Translations under genes and position numbers: made by a program
Shown here: piece after piece, positions 11,993 to 21,500 of the stretch
Position numbering within the stretch: the first letter of the stretch is position 1
Layout of the letters: every line of letters begins with the position of its first letter
Source: Perkinsus chesapeaki ATCC PRA-425
Lineage: Eukaryota; Protista; Perkinsozoa
Direction: 5' to 3'
Assembly (NCBI GenBank): GCA_013115145.1
Contig: JAAPAO010000051.1
Span: forward strand, 1 to 64,000
Length of the DNA: 64,000 nucleotides
The notes under the pieces: model-generated
Seen by the model: the letters and a program-made list of their open reading frames with translations, nothing else
Databases searched by the model: none
Told to the model about the DNA's origin: nothing

Positions 11993-13054
11993 ATGGACCA
12001 TCAGACTAATGTATTTTACAATCCCGCATATCCTGCTCACAACCCTCATTATCAGCCCAGATGGAACAGCGAACAGCCCTTGTTGAGACCGGCTAAGTCC
12101 TGTTGTGGAGGCCGTTTCAGCAAGCGCCAGTGTGCATGCTGCGTATGCTGTGTGCTCCTTATTTTACTGGGTCTACTTATGACTCTCCTGCTATTCTTTC
12201 TTGCCCCGGTACTAGCAGAAGATGCTATGAACTCCTCCGAGTTTTATGTCGAAAGCATGGAGATTATTGGCGAGAACACCAGCGAGTGCGATTCCGATGC
12301 TGCATTTTGCCTGGACACTGCGCTCGTATCCACCTTGCCTAATAACATGATGTTTGGAGCTTCTGTGGAACCATTTATCGCCACTATATCAACCGAAAGG
12401 GCAGAAATCGGATATGCATCTATGCCTTCAGTGAAAGTAAAAGCTAACTCTAATACAACAATCGACGAGACGGTTGTTATGGTCGTTACTAACCGTAAGG
12501 AGTTTGATCGATTCTCGGCCTTGGTCATATCCAGCGAGAGTGTGAAGGTGAATCTTCAAGCAGACCTTACTGTTGAAACGTTCGGTATTAAGTTCTCCGG
12601 TCTCAAGCTCGACAGAGTAATGACCTTCAAAGGTCTTGGCAATTTCACAGACCAGCAACCGGCGATGGTTGACTTAGATCTCACTACTTCCCTTGGGGAC
12701 GTTGTGCGAGGCCGTGCTAGGTTTTTGGCCACGTTACTGGTGGAGAACCCGTCTATTGTCAGTGTCAGTGATGTTGGTGTTATCTTTGGTGATATCATGT
12801 ATGGTAAAAACCAGATTGGTATGTTCAAAACTGATGAGGATCTCTCGATTGCTGCTGGGAAGAATTCGACTGTTGCCGCCGAGCTTGAGTTTAAAGCTAG
12901 TTTCGGTATGCTAAAGCTTGTGGGAGATCTCATACTGACCCTGATAGGCGGAGACGACGTGTGGGTTGACGTCAAAGGTCGTAACTCTTCCAACCACGTG
13001 TTTGACGCCGCTGTGAAATCGATCGGAGTTCGTATGTTATTGGCTGGACGCTAA
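11993..13054 (+). CDS. Intronless single-pass membrane protein with DUF3712/LEA-2-like beta-sandwich region
   Basis: Uninterrupted ORF; Cys-rich juxtamembrane stretch, a TM helix, then FLAPVLAEDAMNSS...GLKLDRVMTFKGLGNF...VENPSIVSV pattern recalled for DUF3712 proteins. First in-frame ATG is 11993. Confidence 0.7.
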   Translation: MDHQTNVFYNPAYPAHNPHYQPRWNSEQPLLRPAKSCCGGRFSKRQCACCVCCVLLILLGLLMTLLLFFLAPVLAEDAMNSSEFYVESMEIIGENTSECDSDAAFCLDTALVSTLPNNMMFGASVEPFIATISTERAEIGYASMPSVKVKANSNTTIDETVVMVVTNRKEFDRFSALVISSESVKVNLQADLTVETFGIKFSGLKLDRVMTFKGLGNFTDQQPAMVDLDLTTSLGDVVRGRARFLATLLVENPSIVSVSDVGVIFGDIMYGKNQIGMFKTDEDLSIAAGKNSTVAAELEFKASFGMLKLVGDLILTLIGGDDVWVDVKGRNSSNHVFDAAVKSIGVRMLLAGR

Positions 13055-13180
13055 TAACGACTGGGGATGCTTTACATGCATGATTGAAACTGACTGTCTT
13101 GGAGTTCATCTTAAAGTTGAGTTATTCAGTGAAAGCGAAGCGGTGAAACTCATGAAGTTGTGAAGGTAATTAATGAAGGC

Positions 13181-14542
13181 ATGTTTCGTCGGGCGGGAGT
13201 CCTCCACCCGGACGCTCTGTCCTCAACGCACTCGACATCAGATGAGCCGGGGAGCCACAACGGGAGAAAGAAACAGGAGGATTATATGGATACGATGAGC
13301 ACAGATCAAATGAACAAAACGTAAGCTGTGTAAGTTCCTGCAATATCGGTCAAGACTCCGTATCAGTTACGGAGTTGGTTACCGGCTATTGTGCAAGAAC
13401 GGTTACTCCGGCGAGGGTTCCTTGGGGAAAACGAACAAAGGGGTTACAGCGCCGATCGCCGTCTATCGCCGCAGAGATAAAGAAGGTAGGAAGTAAAGAC
13501 ATTTGTATTACATAATGTAATTCACATTCCTCTTCTAGGCTTGCGTGATGATGAGCGAGAGCAGCGAGTCAAGCAGAAGCTGAATCGGCGTGCTCGGCGA
13601 CAAAAGAGAAGAAATGCCCACGGGCCCCAGGGTGACATAGCCACTCGCGAGAAGCTGCTGCAAGGGCTCGTACGGCTCATACGATCGACCGGCCAGGACC
13701 AGATGCCACTATGGCTTGCTGCTCATAAAGTCCAGGCAGATGCTGAAGGGCTCAGGAGCATCATAAAGTTGTATCCGAAGCACTTTCAGATTACTCACTA
13801 CGAAGGTGAAGATCATGTGGTGCTCAGGAATCTGTCAGCTGATACTATTGTCTGCGAATGCAGCGCGTCGTTTCCCACGAGGGATGCCTGTATTTTGCAT
13901 CTTAGCGAAGTCGTTGTTAACCCGACTAATCCAACTGATGCCACACACCCGCAGCTGATCGGAAGGCTGTCTGAGACGTCCAGCGGTCAAGTGGATACAC
14001 TGTACTGCCTAGTATGCGATACGAAATTCCGGTCAGCCATAGCACTTGCCGTTCACTCGCTCGGAGCTCGAGTTGACGAGTCTATATCCGAGCATCGACA
14101 GTTTGGCTACTCCCTACTCTGCGCAGCGGCATCTGGCAACGAGGACGACTTTGACCAGTTCTTCAAGGCACTCAAGTCGCATGATGGCTCCTTCAACTGG
14201 GACTCTTTTGGTGCGGCTTGCGCCGACCCCGGTGTCGAAATTGAGTTTTCTGAACCCGACGTTCTCTGCACTGGTGAGATCCAGTCATGTGGTAGCAGCG
14301 ACGACTCGGTTAGTGAGGTTGCTATCGTAGATCTCGACGAGACTGACGAAGAGGAAGAAGACTGCGAATGCGTAGAAATCGTCAGCGATACTGCGCCTAT
14401 CGATCTGGATTCTCGCCAGCATTCTCGCCCTTCGGTGAACAAACTCAGATATAATGCAACACAGTCGAGTCGGAAATCAATACCAAGTGCGCACACATTG
14501 AGCAACAACGCGGTAATGGTTGTGGAGGACGCCGATTTCTAA
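13181..14542 (+). CDS. G-patch domain protein with two C2H2-like zinc fingers and an acidic tail (3 exons)
   Basis: Exon 2 reads GVGYRLLCKNGYSGEGSLGKTNKGVTAPIAVYRRRDKE-GL (G-patch). Exon 3 has CECSASFPTRDACILH and CLVCDTKFRSAIALAVH. Confidence 0.8.
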
Positions 14543-14721
14543 TTGTTGTATCGTACACCTACTTGTAATGTTCAGTCATATTTGGGCACCATTCCCGTAT
14601 CATATATTAATAATACGTTTATTATATTGTTGTGCCATGTTGCGCTAGTCAGAGGCTTCAGCGTTGTCTTAGGTAGATTGGAGGTCAAGGGTGGAACCAG
14701 CGAAGGTATCTCGCAGATCCA

Positions 14722-15648
14722 ATGATATCGATAAATGATATATCTATACGTTGTAAGAGATGTGAGATGTAACTTTGTCCAAATCTAGCGCCGACAGGCA
14801 ACGACCCGCAATGCAATACGGTACTCGGTAATGGACATGGGCAAGACATCTCTGATGTAGTTGATGACGCTACTAAGGGTTCACGTTCCTACAAGTGTTT
14901 GAACTGCCCTCATATATTTTGCAGGCAGCATGCAGTAAAATGGTTCAAGTGGGTTTCCATTCATTGTCTATCAAGTTATACATCTGGTCCATAGATCAGG
15001 CCGCGTGTGCCCTGTATGCAATGCCCGGACAGGTGTGGCCTCATTCACGCCTGGCTTCGAGCTCGAGGCGACAGCCATCAATGCACCAGTACAAATAGTT
15101 GAGCTTCTTGCGCTATTACGGCAGCTTAATCAGGTTACATCACGTAACCCCTCATTAGGGTACTCTCCTATGGTGCTTGCTGATGCCCTGTATGAGAACT
15201 ACGAATTCCATTCTGAGCAGCTACGTATGGAGACCTCCAAAACTATGATACCTCGTCAAGGTGAGTTTATGGTCAATCTGTCGGTGATTTTAACTCCCTC
15301 AGTGGCACAAGCGAAGCTTGCCGAGGCCGCCAGGGAGTATGCCAAGCGAGCTGAGAAAGTAAGTAATAGCATCCCCTGCCTATCTCGGAGCTGTCGCTGA
15401 AGGCTCGAGCCCAAACCCAAACAGTGAAGAAGGAATACCTTCGGGTGAAGACCCAGACGGAGAGGCTGAAGCATGCTATTGCTCAACAAGAACAGGAACT
15501 TCAACGTTTGTATGAACACTTAAGCTCGTCGAGTCGTGTCGATGTCATCTGCAGGGCTCATCTATTACGCTGCCAAGGCATAGCCTGCGGCAAGGCCTCT
15601 CGGGAAGCGTCCGCCTCCGCTAAGAGAAGACGAGTGCTTCATTTATGA
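14722..15648 (+). CDS. HEI10/CCNB1IP1-like RING-finger E3 ligase with coiled coil
   Basis: Spliced CLNCPHIFCRQHAVKWFKSGRVCPVCN resembles human CCNB1IP1 CSHIFCDQH...ICPACN; GYSPMVLADALYENYEFHSEQ and coiled coil ending ELQRLYEHL follow the family layout. First exon boundary uncertain. Confidence 0.75.
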
Positions 15649-15765
15649 AACAACCCTGTCAACGTGTCAGCGGCTTCCTCGCTGGCATTGCATGTTTGAT
15701 GTCTCATCTAGAACCATATGATTTTGTGTCCTCGCCATGAGATTACAGTGAATGTTAGTTGACCC

Positions 15766-17310
15766 ATGACCACCGGCCGTCCCTACTTTTCGCGGGAATG
15801 GAGTGATCCCTGGGTCGAGATCGAGGCAGACTCGATGAACTGCAGAGAGTCCATCGGTTTTGGTCATCCCATGTGGGGAGTGTCACTTGGAAGTTGGGGC
15901 GTTCGGTCGACCGAGAGGTCCGGGAAGTAAGATTTGTACTCATGCCATTGGCTTGACCCTTTAGCAGATTTCGCATCACCCTTGAAGTTCGTCCGAGTCC
16001 AGAAATTCGTAGCGGTGCCATCATCGGTTTCGCTGCAGTACCCCACAGTACCACAAATAGCACGAAGTGCATACTGTGTATCGACTACCGAACAGGACGC
16101 CTCGGGAAATCCTCCAATACCGACTCGCAGATCATACTTTGGTCTAAGCCGGTTGGTGGCATCCATACTCATGATCCTACAGTGGTCAGCGCAGAGCTCA
16201 GCCTGAGGGACGGCAAAGTTTGGTTTGAAGGCTTAGGCAATTCCGGTCAGCTGCAAATACCCACTTGGCAACTGACGAAGAACTGCATCTGGGTTCCCTT
16301 TGTGGCGCTTCGAGACTGCAGGGTAACTAAGGTTGACGCTAAGTCGATACCCCCATTTGAAGTGGGATCGGTGTCTCTAAACTCTCCCCGGACTGTGTAT
16401 TGTACCTGTGGACCGCCACTCAGCGGCAAGTCATTTGAGCTTAATAAGGCCCTAACAGCTGGCAAAGTCACAGGTGTGGTACTGAACCTTTCCGAGCGTG
16501 CAATCCTGAATCGAGCATGTCTCGATGAGGATGCGAAGAACCCGAATACAGGAAAGTCGGAAAAGGTCGCATTTGACGAGATAATGCTAGCCTACGAGCC
16601 GCCAATTGCCAACTGGAAACGTCATCACGCAATGTTTGTATGGAAACAGCTGCAAAAAATGTCTAAACGATGGCCATCATGTAACGCAGTTATCCTTGAT
16701 TCCTGCCATATACTCGAGGCCTACCGTCAATGGTTGCGTAACTCCGTTGTGCCCAAGAACGTGACTATTCAGTATACGGTCGTACTCCCAGACTCAGTGA
16801 GGACCCTTCAAGAAAGGCAGGGAGCTGCACAGGCGCTTCGTAAAATGATAACATCTGCCGGAAAGTCGGTGTTTTCTCTGCCAACAGAAGGTAAAGGTGT
16901 AAAAGTCGTCCATGCTACCGTTGGAGGACGTGAAGTGTCGCAACGGGTTTTCGATCAATGGCTGAAGGACGTTCAGGAGCCGGAAACGAAGCGTATTACC
17001 CAAACCGGAGAGTAATTAGAGTTTCATAGTTTTGGTAAGGTACACGAAGAATGTTTGCTGATGTCACTGCTGAAGATGCTGCGGACTTATCTCTACTGAA
17101 TGGTCAGTGTGCTAGTTTAGAGATTGATGTACCATGTTACGATGAGTTCTGGCCGAAACCTCACCACGAGCACGTGGAAAAGTAAGACCCACTACTTCAG
17201 AGTAGCTACTTGAGGTCATCAGGTCAGCTGAAGAGAAGGAAACTCCATCAGCCGCGACAGCTGGAGCTGACACCATCTATGGAATGCTTGACGAGTTAGA
17301 CGATTTATAA
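15766..17310 (+). CDS. SPRY-like domain + P-loop (AAA_33-type) kinase-fold protein, hnRNP U-like architecture
   Basis: The frame of ORF 16182-17015 stays open upstream to about 15964 and gives a beta-rich SPRY-like segment (GAIIGFAAVP...VVSAELSLRDGKVWF...IWVPFVAL), Walker A CGPPLSGKS and AVILDSCH. The short acidic tail to 17310 is joined via a proposed 38-nt intron with a weaker AAG acceptor. Confidence 0.65.
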
Positions 17311-17443
17311 TTTCCTATTCGGCTAGTGACTTTGTGTTTTTGAGTTATTTACAACCGCATATGACTTGAACGAGAAGCAGGCATGCAAGTTCAACAGAAA
17401 CGTTACCGAAACACATCATGCTTGGCTGGAATTACGAGTGGTT

Positions 17444-18446
17444 TCATGCTGGTTGTCCCCTGCGGAGTCGTGTAGCGTCTCTGATGCCTCTGGTCCCTCC
17501 ACCATTCCCACGGTCGACGGCAAGCTGACGTACCGGATCGACAGCTGCAGTTCCTTGAAGCACTTTGGCTCTAAAGACACTGGTATTGCTATTAAGCGCT
17601 TGGCATCAAAAGAAACTAGTTTGGCTGCTGCTTTTGCTATTCCTCTGAAAGATGAAAATGACAACCTTATCAACGTGGCGTGTACATACCGGACAGCCAT
17701 AGCAAGTGCTATGTCCCCACGAGCATGCACTGTTATATCCTCCTCTCCATCTCTGCATCGATTGTAAATGAGTGTTCCTAGCCTGTGTGGCTCGGTCGAC
17801 TGGGACACTTTAATAACATCAGTAACGAGTGGGTCTGGTGCAGTCCAGAGCTACGAACGAAAACAACTAACCACGGTAACGACTATCGATCAACTACCGG
17901 CTCGCTAGCCGGAAAAGGAACAGGAAGCAAATGGTAGATTCTGACCGAAGGGTCATTCGTTCCAGGTATCGAGCCATATCCCATAGCCTAAGATAACGAG
18001 CAATAGAATAGAAGATTCCCAAGTATGAACTGAGCACTGACCTTCTGTACTTCATCACGAGAGTGGTATTGGAGATCTCGAATGGGCGTAACTCCGATCA
18101 ACTGTGAAGGCTTATCGGGAGATGACACCAATTTACTATTCACTCTTGCAGGTGCCTGGAAAGTCTCTTTGAAGCACTTATCCAGGTATACACTACTTAC
18201 TCTTATCGCTTGGGCTGTTGGCACTATACCGATGCATCTGAGGGAAGTCCCACTCAAACTTTGGGGTCCCTCTTTGAGGTGCCGCCGAAGGTGGCGAGTT
18301 ACAAACTGTATCTACAGCGACTCCAACTGGACAAGTCCTACAACCCATACTGTAAGTATTACTTGTCTTCTGTCAGCGCCTACACCAAGCCATGCACCAG
18401 GGGTCGGAAGAGCTTCGAGTACCTCAGTTATTGCTTTGTTCCTCAT
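17444..18446 (-). CDS. Multi-exon protein with C-terminal SpoVS-like (Alba-fold) domain
   Basis: Clear minus-strand GT-AG introns. The spliced C-terminus DVIKVSQSTEPHRLGTLIYNRCRDGEEDITVHARGDIALAMAVRGIAKAAAKLVSFDAKRLIAIP aligns by eye to B. subtilis SpoVS (EILKVSAKSSP...QAIGAGALNQAVKAVAIA...LICIP). Start codon and 5' exons unresolved. Confidence 0.7.
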
Positions 18447-18558
18447 GCTGCTCACGAGGCAAACAAAAACTAACTTGCCAGAGAATTCCACGTTCTCTCG
18501 TAACACATTGACGACACGATCAGGAAACGTCAGAAAGGACCAAACAATCACATCAAAT

Positions 18559-21500
18559 TCAAGGTGTTATGTCTAGGTATTCATTCGCCCATTGGCGATG
18601 CGCTTTTCGAGCGAAAAGCTGTTCAATCGCAGTGGGAAGGTGACCAGTAACATACTTTGAAAGCCAGGAGAAAGGAAACCATTCCCAATCAAGCATCATT
18701 CGAATTCCCCAATCCGTATCGCTGGTGGACCTAATCGAGCAGACAATATGCTCCACTTCATAATGGTGGCCCTCTACAGGTATCGGGATTCCTCTATATA
18801 GAGGTGTATCGGGCGCATGCCACGACCGTCCGCTTCACCATTCCTCTCAATACGATCGTAAGACGAGACGTGCCTCACACAAAGGTCGTCCATTTCTGGT
18901 AAACTGGTGATCAGGTTCACTGTTATAGGGAAGCACCTGAGGCCCGACAGGAAGCCTTGCTAGATGATCCAACTCTCGAAGACTCGTACTTTCGCGTCCA
19001 CGGTCGATCAGCCAATGAAGTCGAATATAGCTGCGCTCCCGCTGTGTAATTCATATTCTCATGGATTCGTCCCTGTAGTTGTGCTATGACGTCAAATAAA
19101 GATGTATTGTAATCACAAGGGATGAATCCCAAGTCTGCGTACTCCGCAAAGAAACCGAACATTCGAGACTGTTCCTGACCGGGCCATGACGGTACCACAT
19201 GCGACCTCGGTGCCATTCTCTTACCACACTGTCATCGCGGTTCGTTCGCATGAGCATCAACGGTATTGAATCCCACTCCAATGCTCGGCCAAGGCTTATC
19301 ATGACTACCGCCAAAACAACGATCTCCGTTGGAACTTGGAGCTCCTTGGCAATGATAGCCAAACCGCGGGTGGTACTGCGACTAAGCCAGAGCGTACCTG
19401 TAATTTCTTGTAACACTAAGACCGTATCATAGATGTTACGAGTTCTATTGTCAGCACTCGGCCTCCGAATCTCCATAGCCTGTCTTAAGCGTAGATATTT
19501 CTCGCTACCTTCGATACCATCGAAAAGACGGTGTTGTAGTGTCGGAAAGCAACAAACACTCGGCGGTGGAACCTAACTATCGAATGGAAAATGAAGCAAC
19601 AACGTTATGATGAAAATACCTCTCCAGTAGCAACTTGCTTTAGGACCAGGTCGAGCTCTCGAGCCATCGGTGCAACACAGAAACCGTCCGCGAACAGATG
19701 AGTGAATCGAACGTAAATATAGAACCACCGAAAAGCTGAGCCACGAAAGGCTGGACCAACTACTGAAAACGATTGGTACCTTCCGTTTTGGTATCCACAC
19801 CACGCGGGAGAAGAATATGAAATTCGATGGGTGCTGTGAATGCCTCAGTGAACTTCAGGCGAACAACCAAGTCCCTGAGAGACTTCGATGCCCTCGACTC
19901 TGATTTCGAGCTCGTGAAGTACCTACCAAAAGAATGAAGGGTCGGACTGCAAGATCGCTCACTTTTCATGTATTGGCACAATAGATTTGCTTTGCTCCTT
20001 CCGTGGACCAACCCTTGGCCAACAACTTTTTACGGCTTGTTGCACCCAAGTCGACTCGAGACCAGTTGCCGATGCTAGACTCAAGACCTCCCTACAGCAC
20101 TCTTGTAGTTCTAGTGGATCCAGTGGATAAGAGCGGAAAACTGGATGCCTGAAAAGGGTAGAATCCATACGATATGGATATTGATCATATCCACGCCTGT
20201 TCTCACCTGCTCACCAGAAGTTTCAATGCCTCTCGTATGCTCGATACAGTGGGAGGATGGCGTCTATCTGTATACTCGAACAGCCAGTCACAGGGAGCTC
20301 TCTTCCAGAGGTGAGTGGCGAACATGTTGATACGATATTCCGACGCAAGTGCGACTCCTCGTTCGGAATCTTTCTTTCCCACAGTCTTCGAATCTTCACC
20401 GTCGTCTACCTTCACCTCAATTTTCCTCGCCAAGTCGCCGAGTGTATTGCAGGCCATGACTTCTCGTGGGTTCAACTGAGATGCAGTAACCATTAGACGC
20501 AATCTTAATGAGCGTACATTAATGCCCCATCTATGTGAGGCCTTGGCACACAACAAAACCGTGCTCAGTGAGGATATCCCAGCCAGGCTACTTGTAGATG
20601 AGCAGCCACCTCTGTCCCCAGATTCCCAGCCGAGACTTTGCAGCAGAGACCCGACAATGCCCACGGTATCGCTCTCGTCAGTGGGGGAGATATTCGGAGC
20701 AGACTTTCGAGGGGGACGCCGTAACGGTGGACGAGTATTGGTACCATTGAGCTTTACGTCAACCAGCTGTATATCATCCCACAGGCAGGACTCGCATACA
20801 AACCTGACCAAATCGAAGGTGGCCATTTCATTGACCAACTGTTAACCTCACTCATATTTGCCATGTCTCTTGACTTTTTGCGAATTTTGCGTACTAGTGG
20901 AAGTTGTGGTACTATCACACGAACTAAGACTTAAAGGAATGCAGGTTGGAATAGAACGATCTGAGGCGACTCACCCATCTCGGCCTTGGGCTTTCCAGTT
21001 AACCTCAGACTCTCTCCATCGCCATTTCCCATGGCTCTCTCGGAACCAGCAGTCTTTGTTGTCTTTAGTTCTGCAGTTCTTACGAACATCACAGTGATAC
21101 CAGCGATCTCTATTCACTTTGGCGATCGGTCGTTTCTTCTTTGGCTGCCGAGCTTTTGGCTTTGGTACGTTGCCATAATTGGTGATTGCCCCAATCAGTT
21201 TCGATATCATGGAAGCTTTCTTGCTTACTGCTGCGCCTACCGACATTGACCTCGTGACTCTAGTTAATATGCCTCCCAGATACCAACAGATGAGCCGCAG
21301 AGGATTCTTCAGGTAGGGCTTCCAATTATTCCAACGCCACTGATGTGACAGGTAGATGCCGGCCTCCACTGAGCTTATCGTAGGCCAAAATAACACTTGC
21401 CTCAGTGGGAAGGTTATGCATACGAACACTAGTATGAGCATCTGAATACTCCACCATGTGTGTGCAAGGGTCACAGCCAAGCTAGCTTTGAGACAGTACT

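Noticed and set aside
15667-16172. Two overlapping minus-strand ORFs suggesting a frameshifted gene
   Set aside because: Explained as the antisense of the SPRY exons on the plus strand.
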